From contig CAWEEQ010000004.1 in NCBI GenBank assembly GCA_963808235.1, positions 3,785,789 to 3,849,788 on the forward strand: a stretch of DNA of 64,000 nt. The letters are read 5' to 3'. The position numbers and the translations under genes are program-made. The stretch is from an uncultured delta proteobacterium (GTDB taxonomy: Bacteria; Desulfobacterota; Binatia; Binatales; Binataceae). Below are positions 50,297-60,347 of this stretch, in pieces (within the stretch, counting starts at the first letter, position 1; every line of letters starts with the position of its first letter). The notes beneath the pieces were generated by a model. That model saw only the letters and a program-made list of their open reading frames with translations. It was not told the DNA's origin and made no database searches.

Positions 50297-51387
50297 ATTC
50301 CCGCCTCCTCAAGCAGAGCGCAGCGCAGTTTGAACAAATGGACCGTCAGTGTCAGGTAACGCAGCCGCCAGAGGGCAGAGAGGTTGTCGCTGTCAAGATC
50401 GATTCGGTAGTGTGAATCGATCGTCGCAATTGCCTTCCGGAATCGCTCGCTGAAATTTGCGGCCGGGCTCTCGCGCCAGGTGAGTCCGCCTCTGCCGAGG
50501 ATCGCACGGGTCGCGGACTGACTGTACGCGGACATGGCTACCACGGCGTCAGAGAAAAGCTCATGCTCATCGCTCAGATGTTGGGGGAACGTTTTGCCGA
50601 TCGCTACGTGGTCTCCGCGCTTGCCAAGAATTGCCTGGTAGACGTGGTGCCCGAGTTCGTGTCCGATCGTTGTGGCTACTGCGCCCGGCTCGTGGGCCGT
50701 GTTCAGGAAGATCACGGTTGTGCTCCGCCCTTGCACCTTTTTCTCTGCCGAGAATCCCCATAGTGAGCGTCCGCCGCCTTGCAGATAAGGCTCGGCGCTG
50801 ACGACTACATCTCCCCAGTGGAACATTCTTCGCAGTTGCTCGGACCCATGCCGATCCTGCCAACAACTCCATATCTGGGTGTATGGCTTGATGAACCGGT
50901 CGACGATCCTGCCTAGTTCCTGAGCCATTTCGACGGCAGGGAAACCGCGCCCCTCGCGATAGTCCGCTGCGAGCACAGTATTAAGATCCGCCAGCGCAAG
51001 GTGAGCTCCGTCTCCAAGCAGCTCGGATGAAAATTCGAGCTCGTCCAACAACTGCACCGCAAGCTCGTGATGGCCTTCAGGAGCGACTGGAGGCGTCAAG
51101 TTGTGAACGCAAGACTGCCCCAGGTCAGTCGAGATCGTTGACCCGGGGCGGACCGTACCAACGCGATCGCGCAGCTGGCCATTCGCGAAGAGAGAAAAAG
51201 CAGTGCGCGGAGCAATCGTTGGGTCGCCGAGAACTTTCGGATCGCAGGTGTCCGGTACCGAGCCCCGGTCATCTATAGATTTTATCACCGGGTTGGCATG
51301 CCCATCCGAGGGATCTTGTCTGCAGCCAATTCTCCGGTCCCGATACTGGGACAATAGAGCCCTGGCCCAAATTCGACGAGTAGCCAC
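50293..51387 (-). CDS. ImmA/IrrE-like Zn metallopeptidase-domain protein
   Basis: IFLN...TIGHELGHH...EHELFSD; start codon uncertain. Confidence 0.65.
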   Translation of the reverse strand: MATRRIWARALLSQYRDRRIGCRQDPSDGHANPVIKSIDDRGSVPDTCDPKVLGDPTIAPRTAFSLFANGQLRDRVGTVRPGSTISTDLGQSCVHNLTPPVAPEGHHELAVQLLDELEFSSELLGDGAHLALADLNTVLAADYREGRGFPAVEMAQELGRIVDRFIKPYTQIWSCWQDRHGSEQLRRMFHWGDVVVSAEPYLQGGGRSLWGFSAEKKVQGRSTTVIFLNTAHEPGAVATTIGHELGHHVYQAILGKRGDHVAIGKTFPQHLSDEHELFSDAVVAMSAYSQSATRAILGRGGLTWRESPAANFSERFRKAIATIDSHYRIDLDSDNLSALWRLRYLTLTVHLFKLRCALLEEAGI

Positions 51388-51395
51388 GAATGCAC

Positions 51396-51821
51396 CTAAC
51401 GACCGACCGCGTGGCGCACGATGTTGAGGATATAGATGAAGTCGCGAGGAGACCGGACTTCGCCGAGCAGCGCCATCCGCGACACCATCTCCATTTCCGT
51501 ATCGCTAATGTTGTGGATGCTCCGCAGTTGCCTGTTGTGCCGGAAGTTCTCCCACGCCGCCGACGCGCGAGCCGGCTCCGAACCGAGCAGTTTCCGCGTG
51601 CACGGATGGGCCAGCAAGAACAGCTCGCGGCCGTCTAGCCCGAGCACCTTAGCTAGCCGGGCGACGATTCTGTCCGAAGGACGACGCTTGCCAGATTCGA
51701 GATGACCGACATAGGGGATGGAAGTCTTGATGCGGCGCGCAACCTCCGCTTGAGTGAGGGAGCGCAGGCGGCGGCGATCGCGAATCACCTGACCAAAGCT
51801 TCGCTGCTCGGACCCGATCAT
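51396..51821 (-). CDS. XRE-family HTH regulator with extra C-terminal domain
   Basis: FGQVIRDRR..LTQAEVA..YVGHLESGKRRPS. Confidence 0.9.
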   Translation of the reverse strand: MIGSEQRSFGQVIRDRRRLRSLTQAEVARRIKTSIPYVGHLESGKRRPSDRIVARLAKVLGLDGRELFLLAHPCTRKLLGSEPARASAAWENFRHNRQLRSIHNISDTEMEMVSRMALLGEVRSPRDFIYILNIVRHAVGR

Positions 51822-51886
51822 GAAAAGTCTTACCTCCCCCGGCCGGCGCATAACCGCCCAAGCAGGTATGCAACCGTTGCGGACAG

Positions 51887-51903
51887 AGCAAGCCAGATGC
51901 CAA
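51887..51903 (-). promoter_or_regulatory. sigma54 (-24/-12) promoter
   Basis: Minus strand TTGGCATCTGGCTTGCT (GG-N10-GC), about 66 nt upstream of the XRE gene. Confidence 0.7.
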
Positions 51904-52189
51904 TGGTGAATTTCAACAGCGAATCAGGCGCTTTTGCGGGAAGAACAGAAACCAGGGACTTTTAGTCGTGTCAACTGCTCAAAATCGGTTCGCTATTGGT
52001 GCGATCTTCAGCCGTCTCCGCTGGCGATAAAAAAATACCTCATCCTGACTGCCAGCGTCTTTAAGTAGCAGAAATACTACATAGAGTAGCGCATCTGCTA
52101 CTTTTTGAACGGCGATTCCGTCAGATTTAGACTCTTGGACTAATCGAAAAACGCCAGCGGAAATGGGCCTCGGCAATCTCCGGGACCGC

Positions 52190-52507
52190 TCAATCGCTGA
52201 ATCTGACTTCGACGTGGTCGAGAAACTCGGCAAGAGCTCTTGCCCACTTCAGTGCTGCACACTGATCGGCACTGATCGCCGCAATCTCCAACTTGGCACC
52301 CATCGAGGTTACTTCGTCGAAGCCGAACGCGGAGCCCTCGCCCTTGAGCTGGTGGCCAACGCGCGCTGCGGTATTGTAGTCGTTCCGCTCCAGTGCACCG
52401 ATGGTGTCTGCGATATCGGCGCGTTTGTTTCTGAGAAATTGAGGGACCAACACTCGTAGATCGCTATCCACGACTATGACCAGGTCTCGGTCTTCGTTCA
52501 TGGCCAT
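52190..52507 (-). CDS. Stand-alone Hpt phosphotransfer protein
   Basis: GHQLKGEGSAFGF. Confidence 0.88.
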   Translation of the reverse strand: MAMNEDRDLVIVVDSDLRVLVPQFLRNKRADIADTIGALERNDYNTAARVGHQLKGEGSAFGFDEVTSMGAKLEIAAISADQCAALKWARALAEFLDHVEVRFSD

Positions 52508-52610
52508 GATTTGGTTCCTCTGTCCGCGTTCCCGCTCCTTTAACGCAACGTGTAGCGTCTCCTATGAGTCGTGAGTAGCACCGGCCTCGCCCGGCCAAAA
52601 TCAATGCTCG

Positions 52611-52626
52611 TGCAATAAGGATGCCT
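52611..52626 (-). promoter_or_regulatory. Putative sigma54 promoter
   Basis: Minus strand AGGCATCCTTATTGCA (GG-N10-GC), about 100 nt upstream of hpt. Confidence 0.5.
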
Positions 52627-52718
52627 GCAACAGATTGGTCGCGCTTTTCGACCTGATTTGGTGGAGTCGCCGATCGAACGCAATATTGCTAGGCTGCGGG
52701 CAAGTGGGGTAGCCACCC

Positions 52719-53108
52719 GTGCCCGTAAGAACTCTGCTGGTCGAGGATTCAGTCTCCGCGCGAGAGATGCTCAAGCAAAAGCTTGAGGCGATCGGCTGTG
52801 AGATTGTCGCGATGGCGGCTGACTCCGCGACGGCGCTCGAGTTGATCCGAAAGCTGCAGCCTCAACTCATGACCTTGGATCTCATTATGCCGGAGACGGG
52901 GAGCCTGCACGCCAAAGAACTGTTCCGCATAGTCCGCAAGGAAATGCCCGAAGTTGCAGTCATAATTATCAGCGCTCAATCAAACGCTACGCAACGCGGG
53001 GACTTCATTCGAGAGGGCGCGATCGAATTCGTTCAGAAGCCTTTCTTCAAGTTTGACAAGCTGGCCGCAAAACTGTCGCAGATTTTCCCTGACATCAAGT
53101 CTCGCTAG
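52719..53108 (+). CDS. Single-domain CheY-like response regulator
   Basis: LLVED, LDLIMP, ISA, KPF. Confidence 0.88.
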   Translation: MPVRTLLVEDSVSAREMLKQKLEAIGCEIVAMAADSATALELIRKLQPQLMTLDLIMPETGSLHAKELFRIVRKEMPEVAVIIISAQSNATQRGDFIREGAIEFVQKPFFKFDKLAAKLSQIFPDIKSR

Positions 53109-53199
53109 CGAACTCTACATCTCCGCGTGGCGGATACCACGCCCGGCGGGGTTGATGCGCTTCCCTCCTGGGTTGCTGCTTTGCCTTTGGCTTTTTCTA

Positions 53200-53420
53200 A
53201 TCGTGGATGACCCGAAGAGAGCGAAGTTAAGGCGCGTCACCTTTCATACTCTGCGCCATAGCTGCGCTTCGGCGATGATCGCGAGCGGCGCACCAATCAC
53301 GGAAGTCCAGCATCGGCTCGGCCACGCCAATCCCGCCATCACCCCTTCTCGTGTACTCGCATTTCCTGAAGCATGCCGAGAGCGACGTCGCCGATCGGCT
53401 CGCCGACGCCTTGTTGAACT
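53200..53420 (+). pseudogene. Tyrosine integrase C-terminal remnant
   Basis: FHTLRHSCAS...VQHRLGHANPAIT, then a frameshift to VYSHFL; no N-terminal part. Confidence 0.85.
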
Positions 53421-53672
53421 TCCCGTCAGCGTCGAGAACTCAGAAAGAGATCGAATCCGCAGCCTAAGTGAGGCCGCCACGGTGAGGCGGTTCCGCGGCT
53501 GCAGCGGGTTCGTTCTGACCGGGACAATGCCCAGCGTGCACAGCATCGACGTGCGGGTATCCGGAGGGTCTCGCATTCCTCGACGGGAGAAAAGCAAATG
53601 AACACTTCGCCTTTTTCTTACGCCTCATAGGCGAGAATTACGACGCTGACCAACGCTGAAGCTAGGCCGATA

Positions 53673-53875
53673 TTATGGCCCTGTAGCTGCAATTTGGTGG
53701 GATACAATGGGTGGGCCGGGACGAATATGGAATCCGCGAGCGCGCTCAAGTGCCGGCGTGTCCTCGTCTGTGGCGCGGCTATGCTGTCGCACGTGCTCCG
53801 CCCACGATTCAACCATAAAATACTCGATGTACCGGTCGGGCTTGGCGACATCGGAGAACAAGCCCTAGAATCCCG
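53673..53875 (-). pseudogene. Orphan fragment of an MFS C-terminal domain
   Basis: YIEYFMVESWAEHVRQHSR parallels FVETFLVDSWLEHLRQHER of the adjacent MFS. Confidence 0.6.
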
Positions 53876-53880
53876 CTCCG

Positions 53881-55533
53881 TCACGATACCTGGTCGTTCG
53901 AGGTGCCGGGAACAAGATCGGCGGCGATCAGATGGGTGACTTTCGGCGTGCCTTTCCTCTGAAAGCGATCGACTGCTATCTGCAGCGCAGAATCGGCTTT
54001 GGTCACACGCTCATGCTGCCGCAGATGCTCCAACCAGGAATCGACGAGAAAGGTCTCAACAAATCGACCGTCGTTCGCCGGATCCTCGAATATTCCCCAG
54101 TCGTACGCGCCGTCGCGGCGGCGCTCGCGTGCCAATTCGGCGATCGCCTTCAGGAACGCTTCGCGCTGCGCCGGATCGATGTCGTACTCCGTCGTTACAA
54201 GTACCGGTCCGCGATCGCGTTCGATTTCATGAGTGGTGATCGGTGCCGGCCACTTCATCGAGGGCGTCAGGTCGAGGTCAGCGCCGGTCTGCAGCTTCCA
54301 TCTCCACGTCAGCGGTATCGCTATCAACGCGCCGCCGGCGGCGATGAAGTGGGCGAGTGGAAGGCCAGCAATCGTCGCAACCTGTCCCCATATCGCGCTG
54401 CCAATCGTCAAACCGGCGGAAAGGACTGTTACGAACATCGAAAGTCCCCGCCCGCGCACCCATTCCGGCAACGCGACCTGCGCTGAAATATTGAGACTGG
54501 ACAGCACCGTGATCCACGAAACGCCAGCGATCAGACTTGCAGCCAAACCCAAGAAGACCTCGTGAGCCAGCCCGAATAGCGCTATGGCACCCGCGGTGCC
54601 AAACGTCCCTACAGCTACGAGCCAGTCGGGATTGAGCGCCGCTTTTAGTCGAGGCAAAGCGAATGCACCGCCTACCGCTCCGGCACCAATCGCACCGAGC
54701 AGGACGCCGTAAATTTCCGGTCCCCCGGCGATTTGTCTGCGCGCAACAAGTGGCAATAAGGCCCAGTAAGCGCTGGCGAACACGAAGAAGGCTGTTGCGC
54801 GGATCAGGGTTGCACTAAGAGGTCCGTTATATCGCGCATATCGCAAACCCGTGCGAATGGCATTGAGGAAGCGCTCTGGAGGCAGACGTCGGTCGCCGCT
54901 ACTCGATTGGCGCCACCATACGAGCGCGCCAACAACCGCCAGGGTGCTAACGGCGTTGATCCAAAAGGGAGCCGCAATTCCATATGCGCCAATTACTGCA
55001 CCACTGAGCGCGGGACCGACGGCCCGGCTGACGTTGATGCCGGCGCTGTTGGCGGACACCGCTGCAGCCAAATCCGATTTCGGAACGAGCTCTGGAACGA
55101 CTGCTTGCCAGGCGGGCGCGATGACAGCAGAGCCCGCCTCTATTAGGAATGTAAAAAGCAGCAAGTTCAGCGGAGTTACCCGATGAAGCAGTACGAGCGC
55201 GGCAAGCGCTGACGAGAAAACGATCGTGACGACTTCGCCGAAGATGAGAATTTTGCGCCGGTCCACGATATCGGCAAGTGCGCCGGCAGGTAGGGCAAAG
55301 AGGCAGTATGGCAAACTCGTTGCAACCTGGACCATCGAAACGATAAGCGGCGAAGGGTTGAGGCTGGTCATCAGCCAGCCCGACGCTGCGCTGTACATCC
55401 AGCCGCCGACATTTGAGATAACGGTCGCGGTCCAAATAACGGCGAACGTCTTATGCCGAAACGGGCTCCAGGCAGAGTTCGGCCGTTGGGTCGAAGGCGT
55501 CGCTGGATCGGCAATTTCTTCGCAAGGCGCCAA
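53881..55533 (-). CDS. MFS transporter with soluble C-terminal domain
   Basis: GALADIVDRR, PAWQA, RAVGPA, WVRGR. Confidence 0.9.
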   Translation of the reverse strand: MAPCEEIADPATPSTQRPNSAWSPFRHKTFAVIWTATVISNVGGWMYSAASGWLMTSLNPSPLIVSMVQVATSLPYCLFALPAGALADIVDRRKILIFGEVVTIVFSSALAALVLLHRVTPLNLLLFTFLIEAGSAVIAPAWQAVVPELVPKSDLAAAVSANSAGINVSRAVGPALSGAVIGAYGIAAPFWINAVSTLAVVGALVWWRQSSSGDRRLPPERFLNAIRTGLRYARYNGPLSATLIRATAFFVFASAYWALLPLVARRQIAGGPEIYGVLLGAIGAGAVGGAFALPRLKAALNPDWLVAVGTFGTAGAIALFGLAHEVFLGLAASLIAGVSWITVLSSLNISAQVALPEWVRGRGLSMFVTVLSAGLTIGSAIWGQVATIAGLPLAHFIAAGGALIAIPLTWRWKLQTGADLDLTPSMKWPAPITTHEIERDRGPVLVTTEYDIDPAQREAFLKAIAELARERRRDGAYDWGIFEDPANDGRFVETFLVDSWLEHLRQHERVTKADSALQIAVDRFQRKGTPKVTHLIAADLVPGTSNDQVS

Positions 55534-55594
55534 GCCAGCCTATCCTCTTGGACGCGAGACGGTACCTAGAGTAAAAGACTGTTGCTTTCGCATT

Positions 55595-56518
55595 CTATCT
55601 GCTGACGAGAGAATGGACTTCAGCTATGTAGCCGCCAGGAAACTGCACCATGGCCGCATTCCGTTGGTCGGCCTGATAGGGACCGACAAGCACAGCGACG
55701 CCGGCTGCTTTTGCCTTGGAGAGGGTATCCGAGAGGTTAGCGACCTCATACCCGGCTATCTCTCGTCCATATGGATACGGCAGATGGCCATCCGTGACGA
55801 GCACGGTCACCTTTCCAAACTTCGACTGCACCCGGATTCGGCGATAAGTATCAGTCGGACGCCCGATTTCGACGCCGGGCGCATGTGCATCATCCGATAT
55901 GACGTCTCCGTGCGAGAATGCCTTAAAGCTGGTAATGAAAGCTCTCACCGCATATGCGGACACATAAACACGGTTTTCTGGGATGCTCTGGAGAGGCGCA
56001 TAGGATGGTGCGGTGGTGTGCCAGTAGAGCTGTGTGTTCACCCCACCCGGCCATTGTATGACCGCATCTCGCCCGATCGGATCGTTGAACGGACTGACGA
56101 GAATATCCGCGCCTGTCGCGCGAGCGGTGCGGATAGCCGAGTCCAGGTCGGTCACGAGGTAACCCGTCCGCTCTGAGCCAAATGGATACGGGATCGGCGT
56201 CTCGAAACCAAAAACGGAGATGCTTCCCACTGGCGTGAGTACCAATTGGGACATCGTCTTACTCGGAGTAGGGGTTACAGTGAAGACGCCTTTCTTTGAA
56301 GTCGTGCCGCCAAAAGTGGCAACAAGGCTATCGACAAAAGTGTCGAATTCACCTGGCGCGACATAAACGTGGGTCGTGTCATACTGAGCGCCTACAGCCA
56401 CATTTGAAGTAGCTTTCGCGGCCTCGGCAAATGCTCGTGTAGGAAACGATAGAGGACCAACATATACGATAACGAGAAAAACAGTGACAGCCGCCACAAA
56501 GGATCTGGTTATTCGCAT
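55595..56518 (-). CDS. Exported glyoxalase/VOC-like protein
   Basis: Signal peptide; QYDTTHVYV, DPIGRD, QFPGGYIAEVH. Confidence 0.7.
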   Translation of the reverse strand: MRITRSFVAAVTVFLVIVYVGPLSFPTRAFAEAAKATSNVAVGAQYDTTHVYVAPGEFDTFVDSLVATFGGTTSKKGVFTVTPTPSKTMSQLVLTPVGSISVFGFETPIPYPFGSERTGYLVTDLDSAIRTARATGADILVSPFNDPIGRDAVIQWPGGVNTQLYWHTTAPSYAPLQSIPENRVYVSAYAVRAFITSFKAFSHGDVISDDAHAPGVEIGRPTDTYRRIRVQSKFGKVTVLVTDGHLPYPYGREIAGYEVANLSDTLSKAKAAGVAVLVGPYQADQRNAAMVQFPGGYIAEVHSLVSR

Positions 56519-56530
56519 AGGGCGTTCCTT

Positions 56531-57988
56531 CTAGAAGAGGTATTGAATTGACGTTGTGACGAAGTCCACATCCTTTCCGACCGGTGAGGTGTCTTTGAGA
56601 TAGCCGCCCACGAAAAAGTGCAGGTAGTTAATTTGAAAATGCGTGTGAGCATCTAGCTGCCAATCAAGTGTCATTTGGGCCTGACTGCCTTCATAGGTAT
56701 CCTTTGTCGTCCGGACCGGGCGTAACAGATTTGAACCGAGTCCGTAGATCCCGTCACTAGTGCTTTGGCGCCAGAACCAACCCCATTCGCCATTGAGCGC
56801 AATGCTTTCGCTCCAGTGGAGCGTGAGATTTGGATGAACACCCATCTCGTTTAGCGGCCCGTTAAGAATCGCCTGGTTGAAATAGAATCCTGTGGGAAAT
56901 AATGGACTGAAAGTCTGAAGGTTTGGACCATGCTTGTCATGATCGCCGCTTGCGACACCCGCCCTCAGCCCGATTCGAGGCTGGAGCGGAACGGGCTGTA
57001 GCGTATAACCGGTATCAGTAGATGCGCTCCAGGCCAGGATGTAACCGTCGGCAAATGTTCCGGTCTGACCGACGAATTCTGAGTTGGAGTCAAAAGCCCC
57101 TCGAACGCCCCAAAGGCGGGTCCCGATGGTATGCCGACTTTCTTTGCCCGACTCATTCGCGTAAGTAGCAGTCTTATTGTGAGTCCCCAAATAGTAGAGG
57201 TCGATGTTGCCGCCATCGATGAACGAAAGCGGTCGTACAGCATAGATTCCCCAGAACAATGAGGGCAGATGAGACTGGTCGTCGAAGACGCCGGGGTTGG
57301 TTTCGACTGGCTTGGTAGCGAACGCATCGACGCGCCACGGCGCCGCATTCAAAATAGCTTTCACTCCATCAAACGGCAGGGGCACGTTGGGTCCGTAGCG
57401 ATTGGATATCAGACGCTGAGATCCATAGATCAACCATTGGCGACCGACACGAAGTGTTAACGAAGTGTCGGAACCGAACGGATGCAGTTTCAGATCGAGA
57501 AAGAACTGCGTGAAGTCGAGCTGATCCCGATCGATCATTGGACGCGGTCCGCCGACTCTGTCGTTTTCCCAATCACTCATCAATTCAGAGAAAATCCGTA
57601 CGTTTTCTCCCAGGTGGAGATCGCCAAACAGCAAATAGCGTTGCAACAGGAATCCGCCGCGACTCTGGGGTGGCTGTCCCCAAAAAGGATTGTTAAAGCG
57701 CTCATAGCGTTCGCGGATTTCACCGCCGAGAGAGAGATACCAGTCCCGTCGCGAGTTGAGTGGTATGTATTTGAGCGGATCCCAAAAATCACTACGGCAT
57801 GCGGGATCGCGCAGGTAGCTGAAATCGTCATCGTATCGGACAATTGAATACTTTGGCCCCGAAGGACACGACGAAGCCGCCTGGCTCCGGGAAACACTTG
57901 CTAGCACTAGAACAGTAACAGCGGCAGCGACGACCGAATGCCATGATCGGGACGGACACTGACCTCGTTGGGTGTATGCCGAGTGCAC
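56531..57988 (-). CDS. Alginate-export family outer-membrane porin
   Basis: RYDDDFSYL, GGEIRERYE, GRQ...GSQRL, ASGD, terminal Phe. Confidence 0.85.
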   Translation of the reverse strand: MHSAYTQRGQCPSRSWHSVVAAAVTVLVLASVSRSQAASSCPSGPKYSIVRYDDDFSYLRDPACRSDFWDPLKYIPLNSRRDWYLSLGGEIRERYERFNNPFWGQPPQSRGGFLLQRYLLFGDLHLGENVRIFSELMSDWENDRVGGPRPMIDRDQLDFTQFFLDLKLHPFGSDTSLTLRVGRQWLIYGSQRLISNRYGPNVPLPFDGVKAILNAAPWRVDAFATKPVETNPGVFDDQSHLPSLFWGIYAVRPLSFIDGGNIDLYYLGTHNKTATYANESGKESRHTIGTRLWGVRGAFDSNSEFVGQTGTFADGYILAWSASTDTGYTLQPVPLQPRIGLRAGVASGDHDKHGPNLQTFSPLFPTGFYFNQAILNGPLNEMGVHPNLTLHWSESIALNGEWGWFWRQSTSDGIYGLGSNLLRPVRTTKDTYEGSQAQMTLDWQLDAHTHFQINYLHFFVGGYLKDTSPVGKDVDFVTTSIQYLF

Positions 57989-58043
57989 GAACTTTCTGTC
58001 ACGCGAACGCGCCGAACTCGGTGAATCGCAGCGCTGTCATCGC

Positions 58044-58280
58044 TCAGTGCTCCGCGCTTTTCGATAGTGCCTGAGACGCGGACAGCCCGCTAGGTCCCGC
58101 GCAATCCGGAGCATGCTGAGCTGGCGAGGCCATCCAGCGATCGACTGCGATGTAGCCGACGGTCATCGCCATCACGAGCAGAGCGCCAAGGATCAACGGC
58201 GGTGCCGGCGACGGGATTCCAAATGCGCGGCAGGAAAAACCCAATGCGAAGGCCAGTACAATGCCGATCGTCGATTTCAC
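58044..58280 (-). CDS. XapX/DUF1427-like small membrane protein
   Basis: IPSPAPP..GALLV.AMTVGY; GTGA overlap with upstream paralog. Confidence 0.75.
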   Translation of the reverse strand: MKSTIGIVLAFALGFSCRAFGIPSPAPPLILGALLVMAMTVGYIAVDRWMASPAQHAPDCAGPSGLSASQALSKSAEH

Positions 58281-58468
58281 GGTGTATCCAATTGCACCAG
58301 GGTTTTCCCCGGTGGCAGGACATGGTCGGCCGTAACGAAGCCAACCGTCATCGCCAGCAGGAGGCACGCCCCAATTAAGCGCGGGGGTGCCGGCGATGGA
58401 ATATCGAAGAACCGGCATCCGGCACCGATGACCAGGCCAAGAACGAGTCCGATGATGGCGGCAGCCAT
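58277..58468 (-). CDS. XapX/DUF1427-like small membrane protein
   Basis: IPSPAPP..GA.LL.AMTVGF. Confidence 0.75.
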   Translation of the reverse strand: MAAAIIGLVLGLVIGAGCRFFDIPSPAPPRLIGACLLLAMTVGFVTADHVLPPGKTLVQLDTP

Positions 58469-58481
58469 AACACTGCCCTCC

Positions 58482-60299
58482 TTAGAACGCGAAGCAATCG
58501 CAACCGAAATCCCATAGGTGACGCGGATGCCAAATGTGCGAACGCGATTCGCTGACGCGCCTTGCCGAATGGAGATTCGCTGCGGCGTGTGTCGATGGAG
58601 CTCGGCAATAACCGCCGTATTGCTTGACTGGCGACCAGTCGGGGCTCACCGGCACCGCCGGGGGCGCGAGCTTTGCGAATGGTTCATTGGCATAAACTAT
58701 CTTGCCGCCCACTATCGTGAGCACGGATTCCAGACGCTTGATCTCATCCTCGGGAATCGAAAAGAAGTCGGCGGAAAGCACACTGAGGTCGGCTAATTGC
58801 CCCGGCAGGATCGAACCCTTCTTGCCGTCCTCTGAAGAGAACCAACTACTGCCTACCGTATACAGACGGAGCGCTTCCGTCCGTTCGAGGCGGTTGTCCT
58901 CATTGTAGAGCGCGGTCCCGCCGATCGTCTTGCCGGTGATGAGCCAGTACAACGAAAGGAATGGATTGTAGCTTGCGACTCGCGTCGCGTCTGTGCCCGC
59001 GCCGACCGGTACGCCCAACTCAAGCATCCTCCTGATGGGCGGCGTGCGCCGGGCTTGCTTCGCGCCATAGCGATCGACGAAATACTCGCCCTGAAACGCC
59101 ATCCGGTCCTGAATGGCGATACCGCCACCGAGTGCTTTGACGCGTTCGATGTTGCGATCTGAGATCGTTTCGCAGTGGTCGAAGAACCAGTGAAGTCCGT
59201 CGAATGGGATCTCGCGATTCACTTCTTCGTACACGTTCAGCGCGCGCGTGATGGTTTCCTCGTAGGTCGTATGCAGCCGGAACGGCCAGCGATTCTCGGC
59301 GAGGTGCCGAACCACTGACTTTAGTTCCGCTTCCATCGAATCGGGCATTTCGGGGCGCGGCTCGAGGAAATCCTCGAAGTCCGCCGCCGAGTAAACCAGC
59401 ATCTCGCCCCCGCCGTTCACCCGGTAGAAGTCATCGCCAGCGCCGGGCTTTGTCATCCGCGTCCACGACTGAAAGTCGCCCAACTCCTGTTTGGGCTTCT
59501 GTGTGAACAGGTTGTAGGCCAAGCGGACGGTCAGCTCGCCGCGCTCGTGGAGCTCGCGCACGACTTCATAATCGTCTGGATAATTCTGAAAGCCGCCTCC
59601 AGCATCGACGACGCTCGTGATACCGAAGCGGTTGAGCTCGCGCATGAACAGGCGGGTCGAATTCATCTGGTCTTCGCGCGAAAGTTTTGGTCCCTTCGCC
59701 AGCGTGGCGTAGAGAATCGTCGCGTTCGGCTTGGCGATGAACAGTCCCGTTGGATTGCCTTGACGATCGCGTTGGATCTCGCCGGCAGGCGGCGCGGGCG
59801 TATCTTTTGTATACCCGACGGCGCGTAATGCCGCCCCATTCAGAAGCGCGCGATCGTACAAGTGGAGCACAAAGACCGGGGTGTCCGGTGAGACCGCGTT
59901 GATCTCATCCAGCGTGGGCATCCGCCGCTCCGCGAACTGGAACTCCGTCCATCCTCCCACCACTCGGACCCACTGCGGAGCAGGTGTCCGCGCAGCTTGC
60001 GACTTCAGCATCCGCATCGCGTCGGCAAGCGATGGCACGCCATCCCAACGCAGCTCCATGTTGTAGTTGAGCCCGCCGCGGATCGGATGCATGTGCGAGT
60101 CATTCAGGCCGGGGATGACCGTCCGGCCACCGCAGTCGATCACATTCGTCGCCGGGCCACGTTGCCGCAGAATCTCGTCACTGCGACCGACCGCACTGAT
60201 CTTTCCGTCCTTAATTGCAACTGCTTCGACGAACGACGGGACGCCATTCGTTGCGATCTTGGCATTATGTATAATGCTGTCGGGCTGCATTGGATGCAC
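58482..60299 (-). CDS. YtcJ-like metal-dependent amidohydrolase
   Basis: PGLNDSHMH, RLH, DH, GTDATR, GQLADL; C-terminal GCDCFAF. Confidence 0.92.
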   Translation of the reverse strand: MHPMQPDSIIHNAKIATNGVPSFVEAVAIKDGKISAVGRSDEILRQRGPATNVIDCGGRTVIPGLNDSHMHPIRGGLNYNMELRWDGVPSLADAMRMLKSQAARTPAPQWVRVVGGWTEFQFAERRMPTLDEINAVSPDTPVFVLHLYDRALLNGAALRAVGYTKDTPAPPAGEIQRDRQGNPTGLFIAKPNATILYATLAKGPKLSREDQMNSTRLFMRELNRFGITSVVDAGGGFQNYPDDYEVVRELHERGELTVRLAYNLFTQKPKQELGDFQSWTRMTKPGAGDDFYRVNGGGEMLVYSAADFEDFLEPRPEMPDSMEAELKSVVRHLAENRWPFRLHTTYEETITRALNVYEEVNREIPFDGLHWFFDHCETISDRNIERVKALGGGIAIQDRMAFQGEYFVDRYGAKQARRTPPIRRMLELGVPVGAGTDATRVASYNPFLSLYWLITGKTIGGTALYNEDNRLERTEALRLYTVGSSWFSSEDGKKGSILPGQLADLSVLSADFFSIPEDEIKRLESVLTIVGGKIVYANEPFAKLAPPAVPVSPDWSPVKQYGGYCRAPSTHAAANLHSARRVSESRSHIWHPRHLWDFGCDCFAF

Positions 60300-60347
60300 C
60301 TCTTCTCACCTTGCTCGTAAATGAGAACGCGAACACCGGCCGCGTTG

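Noticed and set aside
51979-52233. 84-aa ORF between hpt and the XRE gene
   Set aside because: Overlaps hpt, has no clear RBS or motif; cannot be supported, though a short real gene is possible
53053-53601. 182-aa ORF as an intact integrase
   Set aside because: Only about 45 central codons are integrase-like; the catalytic Tyr lies in another frame
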